From an uncultured Gammaproteobacteria bacterium (GTDB taxonomy: Bacteria > Patescibacteriota > Microgenomatia > JALYQM01), in assembly GCA_964535655.1 (NCBI GenBank), contig CAZHTP010000004.1, positions 139,108 through 203,107 on the forward strand: a DNA stretch of 64,000 bases, read 5' to 3'. Numbering within the stretch: position 1 is the stretch's first letter; each line of letters opens with the position of its first letter. The notes below the pieces were generated by a model that was not told the DNA's origin, ran no database searches, and saw only the letters and a program-made list of their open reading frames with translations. The position numbers and the translations under genes were made by a program. Below, piece after piece: positions 30,124 through 39,690 of the stretch.

Positions 30124-31302
30124 TTACTTTGCAGTCGTAGTTAATTTCTGGATTACTGTGTTACCGATTTTTTCACCCATTTTAAATCCTTCTTCATTGT
30201 CGATAGGAAAGTGAATACCTGCCCAGAGGCGGGAATTGCGGGCTTCGTTGGCCATAGCAAACCACTCATTTTTGTTTTCTGGAAAATAATGAGAAAGAAT
30301 TGTCGCGGCGGCGGCTGAAAGCGTTGAATGTCCTGACGTATAACTAGGAAAATTGGGGTTTTGAATAACGGTTTTAATACTTGCATCGCGCATATCTGGG
30401 CGGTCAGTTTGATACGTATATTTGGTATTCCAGCAGGAGATCATGGCATCCTCGAGTGTTGTTGCAAGCACCGCATTTACTTCAATGTTTTTATCAAAAG
30501 GTATATCATGAGCATTCATGTATTCGTTTGCGATGGTAAGCCATATACCTGCCGGTGTTACCGTATTTGATCCACCTGCCCAATATTTTATTTTCGCTAA
30601 TCTTTCTGGGGTATTTTCTTTAACAGCGGTTTTGACTGCTTCAATCTGATTTTTATCCTGTTGAGATCCAAGTTTAGGTGGTGGTGGAGGAAGATATTCA
30701 TTTGGTGAGCCGATATACCAGGTTTTCCAAGCGCCAGCTTCGGGAGTAATAACATCCAGATGGTACCATTTATCGGCCATTGGTTTCATTGTTTTGACAT
30801 ACTCAGCGGTTTGTTTATCATTTTGGGCAATTCGGTTAGTAATTTTTTTAGTAACGATATCCGCAATGATTTTATCTGTTGAAAATGATGTATCGGGAGC
30901 TGTGCATTCACTTGGAAAGAATACACAGTTTACCTGATGTGTTGTTTTGGTAATTGCATCTACTTCACGATCCGCATTTTTTGCTACTTTAAATGCCTCA
31001 CTTTGGGCTAATAACAAATTAGCATAGTATTTTGCTGCAAGTGTAGGTTGGGTATTTTGAAACTTAATAATATCGAACATATGGGAGTGTGTACTATTCA
31101 AGCTATCAAGGGAAAAGGTACTAAATTCTTTTTCTGATTCATTAATACGGTTCATTTCATCTGCTGAATACGTAAAATATGTGTTATATTTTGCTTCTTG
31201 GGGAGTGACAGTATTTTTGCTGTGCATAGCAAAAATTATCACTGCTGCAGTTGTGATAAGCAGGACAGAGGTGGCAGAAATTGTTACATGTTTGGCTTTC
31301 AT
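30124..31302 (-). CDS. Exported PAP2-superfamily protein (vanadium haloperoxidase/acid phosphatase type)
   Basis: K(Y)TYQTDRP, PSYTSGHS, SRLWAGIHFPID; N-terminal TM. Confidence 0.85.
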   Translation of the reverse strand: MKAKHVTISATSVLLITTAAVIIFAMHSKNTVTPQEAKYNTYFTYSADEMNRINESEKEFSTFSLDSLNSTHSHMFDIIKFQNTQPTLAAKYYANLLLAQSEAFKVAKNADREVDAITKTTHQVNCVFFPSECTAPDTSFSTDKIIADIVTKKITNRIAQNDKQTAEYVKTMKPMADKWYHLDVITPEAGAWKTWYIGSPNEYLPPPPPKLGSQQDKNQIEAVKTAVKENTPERLAKIKYWAGGSNTVTPAGIWLTIANEYMNAHDIPFDKNIEVNAVLATTLEDAMISCWNTKYTYQTDRPDMRDASIKTVIQNPNFPSYTSGHSTLSAAAATILSHYFPENKNEWFAMANEARNSRLWAGIHFPIDNEEGFKMGEKIGNTVIQKLTTTAK

Positions 31303-31305
31303 AGT

Positions 31306-32952
31306 CTAAATACCGTTTGTTAGTGTGCTAAAGGGCAGCACATTATTTTCGTATACACCGATTGGTCGCCCTTTGGTAACGACTGGTAGATAGGAGGGAT
31401 CGCGGTAGTGTGCATAGGCTAATTCCCACCATGAATGAACGGCTGTTCCCGCTCCAGAGGCCCACGGCCAGGCAGAAGGATTAAGAACATATTTAGACAT
31501 ATAGTCGATTGATACTTTCATTCGTCCATAACTCCATAAATCCAATCCCCGGCGTTCCATTACTTTTGCGGCGACAACTCTAAAGCCAATTGCGCCGGAA
31601 GAATAGGTAATACCTCCGGTGCCCCGGCGGGTTTCTTCAGGGATATGTCCATCGGAGGCGACTAAATCGACCTGTGATTTAAATTTTGCAATTCCTGCGT
31701 TGAGGCTTCCTGAATCACCGATATAATCTGATACAACAATTTTCATTTGTAATCCGGCATCACCCCAGTTGTTGTTACGAGTTGAAGCTGAAGGGAGTAT
31801 AACGGTGCGTAACCAGTTTTTAAACACTGCGTCGTCTGCTACAGAGAAGGCCCCGGACGGTTTAATGTGATCAGCGGCAAAAACAAAGCTTGGTGTCATA
31901 CGGCTCGTAATCAATGCCGTTTGGCAGCCACCTCCGTCAGGGCAGGCATTGGTTAGAGATTTTGTTGTATTTACCCAAGCCATAATATATTCGCGTGCTT
32001 TAGTGGCGTATTTAATATCACCGGTTAAGCCATAGGCAATTCCTAGAACATTAACGGCATTAGCATCATCAACAAATGGACCGGTTGTGCCAGGTATATT
32101 TAAGGGATTTTGCGGATTAGGATTGCGGCCAAGTGCGTTATTAGCATAACTTAACGCTGCTCCTGCTTCAGGCCTAGACTTGCGTTGTGCCAGTTCAGCA
32201 TTGGTGACGACGTATCCTTTTTGTTCGCCTGGTGGCCCTGTTGGAACTGGAGTTCCGTTTGGTGGTTGAGTAGGAGTGATGGATTGGGTTGGGTTTGCAG
32301 TACTTGAAGGAGAACCGGTAGCTTTTAACGCGACAATATACATTGAATAGGCTGCATGTTGTGCGTCTGCTGCTGGCCCTAATTGTGCTGTTCCAGCGTT
32401 AATGTTTTTTGAGTAAATATCATAGAGCCCAATTAATCCTTGTTCATTTTTCCGTTTAAAGAATTGATTTATTTGGGAAAAATCGTCGTTGGTTTGTTTA
32501 CTAAATCCACTCGTTATCCAACTCGGTGGGGAAAGATTGGGGATTTTTCGGGGCAAAATATACAATGTAGCGGCTTTGTTCGTTGTGATCGACCAGGAAA
32601 GATTGGTGTCATCTTTTATTTCGGAATTAGGTGTTGTTATATATGTTGCTTCAGTAAAGGTGTCTGGGAGAAAGAATAGAAAACGAGTATCTGTTGAATA
32701 AATTGGACTATTTGCTGCGACACAGGCTTTACCGAAACTTTTTCCGGAAGGAGAGTTGACGGTAATAAAAGAGGTATCACATGCGGCAAGTGAGCGTTCC
32801 ACCTTTCTACTGGCGCCAAAAAAGCTCATGGCAATTTTTTGTATTTGTTCGATAGAAATAAAGGTGATAAACAATCCTACTAACATGACGCAAAGTGCGC
32901 CAATGGCAATAAAGATGAATGTTGGTATTACGCTTTCCTCCTCATTTTTCAT
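31306..32952 (-). CDS. Membrane-anchored protein: shared N-terminal module + P/T linker + alginate-lyase-like (alpha/alpha) domain
   Basis: TM; module 32326-32787; C-terminal LGIAYGLTGD.KYATKA...AW, NNWG, ETRRG, WELAYAHY. Confidence 0.75.
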   Translation of the reverse strand: MKNEEESVIPTFIFIAIGALCVMLVGLFITFISIEQIQKIAMSFFGASRKVERSLAACDTSFITVNSPSGKSFGKACVAANSPIYSTDTRFLFFLPDTFTEATYITTPNSEIKDDTNLSWSITTNKAATLYILPRKIPNLSPPSWITSGFSKQTNDDFSQINQFFKRKNEQGLIGLYDIYSKNINAGTAQLGPAADAQHAAYSMYIVALKATGSPSSTANPTQSITPTQPPNGTPVPTGPPGEQKGYVVTNAELAQRKSRPEAGAALSYANNALGRNPNPQNPLNIPGTTGPFVDDANAVNVLGIAYGLTGDIKYATKAREYIMAWVNTTKSLTNACPDGGGCQTALITSRMTPSFVFAADHIKPSGAFSVADDAVFKNWLRTVILPSASTRNNNWGDAGLQMKIVVSDYIGDSGSLNAGIAKFKSQVDLVASDGHIPEETRRGTGGITYSSGAIGFRVVAAKVMERRGLDLWSYGRMKVSIDYMSKYVLNPSAWPWASGAGTAVHSWWELAYAHYRDPSYLPVVTKGRPIGVYENNVLPFSTLTNGI

Positions 32953-33024
32953 AGCTTCAGCATAATTGTAATTAGCCTTGTGTGTCAATGATAGTTGCTA
33001 TATACTGCGATTGATAATTCTTTT

Positions 33025-33648
33025 ATGGCAGCACCAATCACGCATATTGCTCTTGCTGACTTGATTTTCGATACCTATTTTGAAGGTACAAGCAAGCGAC
33101 TCTTTACGATCGGTACGCTTTTCCCGAGTATTGAATATCTGCGTGTTTTATCTCGAGATCGTTCGCATTTTCATACGGTTCATTTAAAAGAACTTATTGG
33201 CATTAACGCATTTACTGCAGGATTTAAATTTCATTCGCTTGTTGATCAAGTGCGAGATGAATATTTAGAATCCCAAAAAGCGTACTATTCTTTTCCTAAG
33301 ACAAATTTATCTGTTCGAGCATTGAAATTTTTGGAAGATGAGATTTTGTATGATGAGGTAACTAACTGGGGAGAGTATTGCTCGTATTTTGGATCGATAA
33401 CTGAAGATGAAAAGCGCTTCGGTATTGAAGGCGATGAAATTATGCATTGGCATAAGGCGGTAGAGCAGTATTGCTGTAAAAAACCGACAGACGAAGTGCG
33501 CATAGATTTTGTTCAATGGTTAGGGTTTTCGCAAGAAGTTGCAGAGGAAACAAATGATGCCTTAAAAGAGATGCGCAATGACCCTGCGGTGGTGGAGATG
33601 ATTAAGGGATTGTATAAGAATTTTAAGTATTTGATAGATAGGGAATGA
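33025..33648 (+). CDS. Hypothetical protein, zinc-dependent phospholipase C/hydrolase-like
   Basis: MAAPITH.LA, GTLFP, GFKFHSLVD pattern. Confidence 0.55.
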   Translation: MAAPITHIALADLIFDTYFEGTSKRLFTIGTLFPSIEYLRVLSRDRSHFHTVHLKELIGINAFTAGFKFHSLVDQVRDEYLESQKAYYSFPKTNLSVRALKFLEDEILYDEVTNWGEYCSYFGSITEDEKRFGIEGDEIMHWHKAVEQYCCKKPTDEVRIDFVQWLGFSQEVAEETNDALKEMRNDPAVVEMIKGLYKNFKYLIDRE

Positions 33649-33649
33649 T

Positions 33650-33901
33650 ATGAGTGATGTAATATTATCTGAAAAAGCGAAGAGTTTGAAGTTGGGGAGA
33701 TATAGGCATTATAAGGATAAGTATTATCAAGTGATTGGGGTGGCGGTGCATAGTGAGATACAGGAAGAATTAGTGGTGTATTCGCCGGGATATGATACTC
33801 CGGTGAAATTATGGGTGCGCCCGCTGGAGATGTTTATGGGTGAGGTGGAAGTGGATGGGGTAGTGAGGAAGAGGTTTGAACTCGTGGAGGAGGAAGCCTA
33901 A
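33650..33901 (+). CDS. DUF1653 family protein
   Basis: GRYRHYK, HSE..EELVVY, LWVRPLEMF, KRF. Confidence 0.9.
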   Translation: MSDVILSEKAKSLKLGRYRHYKDKYYQVIGVAVHSEIQEELVVYSPGYDTPVKLWVRPLEMFMGEVEVDGVVRKRFELVEEEA

Positions 33902-33902
33902 T

Positions 33903-34385
33903 ATGTATTCGTTACAGTATTTAGCGATTGCTGTCATCATAGTTTTATTTGTTGGAGTATTTCTATTTGTTACTCTTAAAAAATCTCCTCGAAAATTCAA
34001 GGCTAAAGGGCCATATTTACTGAGCATGGGAGAAACGCGTTTTTTTAATGTACTCGTCCAAGCGATTAGTAGTACTGAATATGTTTGTCCAAAAGTCAGA
34101 ATTGCGGATTTGGTGGAAGTTGATTTGCCAAAAGATGATACAGAATATTGGTCAAATTTTAATAAAATAAGTCAAAAACATGTGGACTTTGTAATTGTAA
34201 ACAGATTGGATTTTGCGCCAAAATTAATTGTTGAGCTTGATGGTGGATCACATAATAATCCAGATAGATTAGAGAGAGATGAGTTTGTGGACTCAGTGTT
34301 AAAATCAGCGAAGATACCGATTGTGCATATTGCAGTGCAGGGGAATTATTCTGTTGAGCAGTTGAAGAGTGAGTTGAAAATATAG
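33903..34385 (+). CDS. DUF2726 family membrane-anchored PD-(D/E)xK-like protein
   Basis: LLS..E..FF, PKVRIAD, KHVDFV, VELDGGSH, RD.FVD. Confidence 0.88.
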   Translation: MYSLQYLAIAVIIVLFVGVFLFVTLKKSPRKFKAKGPYLLSMGETRFFNVLVQAISSTEYVCPKVRIADLVEVDLPKDDTEYWSNFNKISQKHVDFVIVNRLDFAPKLIVELDGGSHNNPDRLERDEFVDSVLKSAKIPIVHIAVQGNYSVEQLKSELKI

Positions 34386-34428
34386 TTATTGCAATTGTTG
34401 TTTAAAAGTATATATTTGTTTGATACTT

Positions 34429-36291
34429 ATGATCCTTTATGAAGGAACGGCAAAGGAATATAGTGAAGCCGTTGATACTAATAAACTAATTGAACAGCTA
34501 GAACTCGCATTTAAACAAAAATTAGGACGAAAACTTCCTCCGAATGAAGTGGGAGCTTATAATAATTCGCTCTCTTTTATGGAACGTGTTATTAGAAGAT
34601 CTGGCGTTTCCGATGATTGTGCTATTCTGATCGAATATATTATCCCCCTTACTTCAAATAGAATTGATTTCCTCATAGCCGGAGAAGATGATTTTGGAAA
34701 TAAGAATTTTGTTATAGTTGAATTAAAGCAGTGGCAAAAAGCAAGTCCAACTGAAAGTGATGCTGTCGTAAGGACTTTCTTAAATGGTGGAGATCGTGAA
34801 ACCACTCATCCTAGTTATCAAGCAAATTCATACAAATTGTTTCTATCGGATTTTAATGAAGAAATTTCAAGTGGAAAGATAAAAGCTTCAGCTTGTGCTT
34901 ATTTACATAACTATCATAAGCATTTTCCAGAGCCTTTGGAAAATTATCCTTATGATGAAATTATCAAAGAAGCACCGATCTACTTTAGTGAGGATCAAGA
35001 AAAATTAGAGAAGTTCATTGCGAAGAATGTAAAATACGGAAAAGGAAAAGAAATCCTCTATGCTATTGAACATGGAGAAATTAAACCTACGAAGAAATTA
35101 ATAGATTATGTCTCAGATTTATTTATAGGGAATAATAAATTTATTTTTCTGGATAATCAAAAAGTAGCTTTTGAAAAGGCTCGTTCAGCTGTCAAAGATT
35201 CTAATAAAAAGACGGTGGTCATTGTTCAGGGCGGTCCTGGAACAGGGAAATCTGTTATCTCTGTAAACTTGTTGGGGCAGTTTCTTAAGGATAAATTAAA
35301 TACTTTATTCGTTGCTCCGAATGCTTCATTCAGAAATGTTCTTATTAAGACATTAGCTCGAGAATTTCCCTCTAATCGTTTGCAGAATTTATTTAAAGGT
35401 TCGAGTAGTTTTGTCGATACAGACCCGAATACATATGATGTATTAATTATTGACGAAGCTCATAGGCTAAAAGACCGTCGTGCTTATATGTACACAGGTA
35501 AGAATCAAGTGGAGGATGTAATAAAGGCGGCTCGAACAACTATTTTTTTCATAGATGATGATCAAGTTATTCGGCCCGAGGATATAGGATCAGTTAAGGA
35601 AATCAATAGAATAGCTCATGAATATGAAGCTGAAGTTTATACAATCGAACTAGAATCTCAATTTCGTTGTGCAGGAGCGGATGGTTATATTAACTGGCTT
35701 AATGATGTCTGGCAGTTGAAAATGACTGCGAATTATGATGGTTGGGAGGAAAAAGATTTCGAGTTTAGAATTTTTGATGATCCTAACGAGATGAGAAAAG
35801 CAATTAAGTCAAAACATGAACAAAATTACGATGCTCGAATTCTTGCCGGTTATGCTTGGTCTTGGACCTCTGGCGAAAAGGGTAATGCAGATGCTCAAAT
35901 TGAAGATGTTCAAATCCCAGAATTTGAATTTAGTATGCCTTGGAATTCTCGGAAAGTAGGAACTACATGGTCCGTAGATCAAGAAGGTATTGATCAAGTG
36001 GGTTGCATTCATACTTCCCAGGGTATTGATTTTGATTATGTGGGGGTAATAGTTGGTAAAGATATAACGTTTAATCAAAATTTACTCGAATTTAGCACTG
36101 AGTATAATGCCTATAAAGATTTTCAAGGTAAGCTGGGTTTGAAAGAGAAGCCCGAAGAACTTAATCTGTTAGTAAGACGCATTTATAAAATATTAATGTC
36201 TAGGCCGAGATATGGTTGTTATGTCTACTTTTGTGATCCGGCATTGAAGGAATATTTTCAGAGAAGATTAACGGGAAGTATCAGAAGATAG
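34429..36291 (+). CDS. DUF2075 (Schlafen group-3-like) nuclease-helicase
   Basis: RIDF...IVELKQW, HPSYQ, GGPGTGKS, IDEAHR, SQFRC, GCIHTSQG, YKILMSR. Confidence 0.88.
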   Translation: MILYEGTAKEYSEAVDTNKLIEQLELAFKQKLGRKLPPNEVGAYNNSLSFMERVIRRSGVSDDCAILIEYIIPLTSNRIDFLIAGEDDFGNKNFVIVELKQWQKASPTESDAVVRTFLNGGDRETTHPSYQANSYKLFLSDFNEEISSGKIKASACAYLHNYHKHFPEPLENYPYDEIIKEAPIYFSEDQEKLEKFIAKNVKYGKGKEILYAIEHGEIKPTKKLIDYVSDLFIGNNKFIFLDNQKVAFEKARSAVKDSNKKTVVIVQGGPGTGKSVISVNLLGQFLKDKLNTLFVAPNASFRNVLIKTLAREFPSNRLQNLFKGSSSFVDTDPNTYDVLIIDEAHRLKDRRAYMYTGKNQVEDVIKAARTTIFFIDDDQVIRPEDIGSVKEINRIAHEYEAEVYTIELESQFRCAGADGYINWLNDVWQLKMTANYDGWEEKDFEFRIFDDPNEMRKAIKSKHEQNYDARILAGYAWSWTSGEKGNADAQIEDVQIPEFEFSMPWNSRKVGTTWSVDQEGIDQVGCIHTSQGIDFDYVGVIVGKDITFNQNLLEFSTEYNAYKDFQGKLGLKEKPEELNLLVRRIYKILMSRPRYGCYVYFCDPALKEYFQRRLTGSIRR

Positions 36292-36338
36292 AATAGTAAC
36301 TTCATAATTTTTACCAAAGTGCTATAATGTAGCCACAT

Positions 36339-36788
36339 ATGGCTACTTCACGTTTATATCGATCATCTGATAATAAGGTTATTGCCGGTGTGTGTGGAGG
36401 GTTAGGAGAATACTTTGATATTGACCCCATGATTATTCGTGCGCTGTTTGTTTTGGCCTTTTTTATGAGTGGAACAGGGGTTCTACTGTATATTGTTTTG
36501 TGGCTTATTATTCCTGAAAACCCTACGTATGCAACATTTTCTCGCGATAATATTCGTAATACGGTTAATGAGATGAAGGCGAAGGCGGTTGATGTGGTAG
36601 ATGAATTGCGGGGTATCAAGGAAGCGCGGACGGAAAATAGACAATCGTGGTTAGCTATTTTGATTGTGACAATCGGTGTTATGCTGTTACTGCGCAATTT
36701 TAATATGCTCGCTGTCTTTGATTTTGAACGATTATGGCCGCTCCTTTTAATTGTTGTAGGCTTTGCAATTATGTTTAAAAAGCGTTAA
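36339..36788 (+). CDS. PspC domain membrane protein
   Basis: RLYRS..KVIAGVCGGLGEYF.IDP, YIVLWLIIP; C-terminal LWPLLLI. Confidence 0.92.
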   Translation: MATSRLYRSSDNKVIAGVCGGLGEYFDIDPMIIRALFVLAFFMSGTGVLLYIVLWLIIPENPTYATFSRDNIRNTVNEMKAKAVDVVDELRGIKEARTENRQSWLAILIVTIGVMLLLRNFNMLAVFDFERLWPLLLIVVGFAIMFKKR

Positions 36789-36790
36789 GC

Positions 36791-36990
36791 GAACGTTCGC
36801 GTGATCGGATCGTCCTGTATGGTGCTGAAGCGTTATCTGCTGCGGAGCTTCGACCGGTTGTACTCAAACCGGGAGATGCGTATTCCATCGCATACTCATC
36901 CACTGGGTGACTGTACCCCATCGAATGAAGATATTGAGATTACTCAGTGACTAATGGAAGTGGGACATATTTTAGGAATTGAAGTGCTTA
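36791..36990 (+). pseudogene. radC: radC relic with large internal deletion, frameshift and stop
   Basis: ERSRDRIVLYGAEALSAAEL (RadC N-terminus), then in another frame HTHPLGDCTPSNEDIEITQ*LMEVGHILGIEVL (JAB motif region). Confidence 0.8.
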
Positions 36991-37054
36991 GTATGAAAGA
37001 TCATGGAGTCGTGTAGCACTTGCAAAATACTTTTTGGCGTGTCTATCATGGATT

Positions 37055-37216
37055 ATGATTAAAACGTTGGCACGCCATCGTCGCGAAACAATGCATAGTT
37101 ACAAACGAGCGACTATGGAACAGAAGATTATTATCTGGACCGTGTGGGCTTGGGTATTTGTCTTCTTCTGTATTATGCTGGCATTTGTTGTCGGCAAATT
37201 GTTTTACCTATACTAA
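37055..37216 (+). CDS. Small single-TM protein (53 aa)
   Basis: Hydrophobic C-terminal half; upstream TTGCAA-18-TATCAT promoter-like sequence. Confidence 0.5.
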   Translation: MIKTLARHRRETMHSYKRATMEQKIIIWTVWAWVFVFFCIMLAFVVGKLFYLY

Positions 37217-37269
37217 TATTTTTCTACGGTATATTTTCCTTCTTTAAAGAGTAGGTTAGGGCCATAAAT

Positions 37270-37587
37270 TCTCCAGCGCAATTTTCTGCCAAACAGACAA
37301 AGAAAAACTTATCCTCTAAAATTTCGCCTGCGGCCGTACTATTGGATTATGAAATACTAAATATCATTCGCGCTGGGGTAGTTTCAAACCGATTGCGGTT
37401 AGAACATAAAGATATTCTAGTAAATTTGTATCAGGATTTAGCTATTCAGACTTTACCTATTAACTACCTTGAAGTTCTGAATGTTGCACTCATTAAAAAA
37501 CTGAGCATTTATGATGCAAGTTACTTTTGGCTAGCGGATAAAATGGATATACCCTTACTAACCTTGGATGCTGCTTTAAAAAATAAC
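37270..37587 (+). pseudogene. vapC: VapC/PIN toxin relic lacking an intact N-terminus and a stop codon
   Basis: LLDYEILN...LSIYDASYFWLA..MDIPLLTLD; broken SSAIF upstream in another frame. Confidence 0.7.
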
Positions 37588-37626
37588 TTCTGTCTTTTTT
37601 CTTTCATTGTGTTATTATCTATTCTT

Positions 37627-39189
37627 ATGTTTTACAGTGAATATTTGCGTGAATCGTTGGCTGGTTCGGCCTTTGCAGATGCTCTTTCGTTTGATTCTGA
37701 GGGGGAAATGTGGATGAACGGAATCTGTTTGATGGATTTAGTCCGTCGGTATGGTTCGCCCCTTGATGTTTCGGATACACGGATGTTTTCAAAACGAGGA
37801 AATTGGTGGAAAAAGTTAACTTCTCGTATCGCACAGGATGTAGGATTTTGCGGCGGTTTTGATTATTTCTATGCATCAAAAGCTAACATGTCTTTGGCAC
37901 TTACTAAAACCGCGTATAATAGTGGATGGATGGCTGAAACAAGTTCTTCCCAAGATTTGGAGCATATAAAATGGATGTATTCGCAAGGGGAGGTTGACCG
38001 GTCGTTGCGCATTATTTGTAATGGGTATAAGGTATCTGAATTTGAACAAAATACATTAGAAGAAAAAATTAAGACACAAAATATTACTCTAGCTTTGCCT
38101 CCTTCGGTTGAGAAAGAGATATTATATGCAGATAACATTCTGTTACTGCACTCTTTGGGATTTGATATCACGCCAATTTTTGATACCGACGAATTGCACT
38201 ACTTTAATCATGCACCGCTGCGTCGCGACATGAATGTTGGCTTGCGATTAAAATTTGGTAAAGTTGAGGATGATTATGATTTGTCCCACTATGTATCAAG
38301 GCATGGCATGATGTGGGAGGAATTATTGGACAATGCGGCTGTTATTGAACGAAGCGAGCACCTTGTATTGACTATGCTTCATGCGATGGTTGGGGCTGCT
38401 GAAACAATTGATGTAGATACATTTGTACAATCGTTACTTTTTGCTACTGAAAAGTATTTTCATTTAAAAAAGTTTTATCCTTCTCTTCGTTATTTAAATA
38501 TTGGAGGTGGAATTCCGCCAATTTATAGTGGATATGACTATGATACTTTTTTGCGCAAGTTCCTGAGCGGAGTTGTTGCGTTAAGTAAAAAATATTGTAT
38601 GGAAATGCCGTGCTTGGTATATGAGCTTGGTAGTTTTCTTGCCGATGATTGCGGTATGCGGATTTATAAAATATTGCAAAAAAAAGTAAACCATGTAAGC
38701 GAATCGGGGAACCCAGAGGTATGGTGTACTGTTGATGGCGGTTTGATGTCTGCTTTACCGGATATATTTATTATGAATAAGTCTTTTCAAGTCGTAGCAC
38801 TGAATAATGGAAACTCGTCTCTGTGCCAAGGGCGGCTTGGGGATTTATCCTGTGATAGTGATGGTCGTTATCCTCGCAAAGGAATGTCTCCTGACACGTT
38901 GGTGCTTCCCTTAACGGCTTTGGAAACATTTATTGGCATACTTCCTGTTGGTGCGTATCAAAAGATGCTTTCGGGGGTTGGGGGTGCACATCATTGTGGT
39001 GTGCTTGAAGCAGGTCAAGTGATTATTGAGGAAGATGCTTATGGTGTTTTGTGTGGATTTATTCCCTCGCAAACAAGTGTTGAGTACCAGCGATTACTGG
39101 GCTATTCCAAAGACGCTCATTTACCTAAGCACTCTGCCGAAATTAAGGGTCTAGTAAATTCGCTTGATAGTTCTATAATTTCTTCATGA
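37627..39189 (+). CDS. speA: Fold-type III PLP decarboxylase, arginine decarboxylase-like
   Basis: YASKAN (PLP Lys), ETSS, ICNGYK, LNIGGG, LSCDSDG.Y, GAYQ.MLSGVGGAHHC. Confidence 0.75.
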   Translation: MFYSEYLRESLAGSAFADALSFDSEGEMWMNGICLMDLVRRYGSPLDVSDTRMFSKRGNWWKKLTSRIAQDVGFCGGFDYFYASKANMSLALTKTAYNSGWMAETSSSQDLEHIKWMYSQGEVDRSLRIICNGYKVSEFEQNTLEEKIKTQNITLALPPSVEKEILYADNILLLHSLGFDITPIFDTDELHYFNHAPLRRDMNVGLRLKFGKVEDDYDLSHYVSRHGMMWEELLDNAAVIERSEHLVLTMLHAMVGAAETIDVDTFVQSLLFATEKYFHLKKFYPSLRYLNIGGGIPPIYSGYDYDTFLRKFLSGVVALSKKYCMEMPCLVYELGSFLADDCGMRIYKILQKKVNHVSESGNPEVWCTVDGGLMSALPDIFIMNKSFQVVALNNGNSSLCQGRLGDLSCDSDGRYPRKGMSPDTLVLPLTALETFIGILPVGAYQKMLSGVGGAHHCGVLEAGQVIIEEDAYGVLCGFIPSQTSVEYQRLLGYSKDAHLPKHSAEIKGLVNSLDSSIISS

Positions 39190-39596
39190 ACCCTTCCTTG
39201 TTTGAACCAAGAAAAGTTGTTTTTGCTGCTATGAGTAAAAAAAGCTTTTACTTGCGCGAACATATTATTAAATATGTGTTAGAGCAGGGTTTTACGCCAA
39301 TGTGTGCGTTTATGATGTTTTCCTACTTTTTGCTGGACACTGTTGATCGGTTTTCTTTGATCCAATCCAATAATGAGCTGATCCGAAGAAGCGATGAATT
39401 GTGGGTGTTTGGACCGATTTCTGATGGTGTAGCGGCAGAAATTGCTTTTGCCAAGGAGTTAAAGCAGCCGATTAAGTTCTTTACCCCTAACCGAGATAAC
39501 ACCTTATTTACGGAAATATCTCAGGAAAAAGTAGAGTACGAACCTTTTTCTGAGCCTGTTTCGTTGTCAGTATCGACAAAAATGGGCGTAGTGTAA
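39186..39596 (+). CDS. Nucleoside deoxyribosyltransferase/DUF4406-like protein
   Basis: NNELIRRSDELWVFG.ISDGVAAEI.FA; overlaps decarboxylase stop (ATGA). Confidence 0.65.
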   Translation: MNPSLFEPRKVVFAAMSKKSFYLREHIIKYVLEQGFTPMCAFMMFSYFLLDTVDRFSLIQSNNELIRRSDELWVFGPISDGVAAEIAFAKELKQPIKFFTPNRDNTLFTEISQEKVEYEPFSEPVSLSVSTKMGVV

Positions 39597-39616
39597 TATA
39601 ATCTATGACAGTGTTT

Positions 39617-39690
39617 GGGCGATTAGCTCAGGTGGTTAGAGCGCGGTCCTGATAAGACCGAGGTCGATGGTTCGAGTCCATCATTGCCCA
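39617..39690 (+). tRNA. tRNA-Ile(GAT)
   Basis: GGGCGAT/ATTGCCC acceptor, anticodon loop CTGATAA, T-loop TTCGAGT. Confidence 0.96.

Noticed and set aside
33590-33900. Strongly C-depleted stretch over the DUF1653 gene
   Set aside because: It is explained by strand-biased G/T-ending codons in an intact short gene; no separate element is evident.
29620-39690. Integrative element or prophage bounded by tRNA-Pro and tRNA-Ile
   Set aside because: No integrase, phage genes or duplicated tRNA 3' end (att) was seen; it is treated only as an accessory region.
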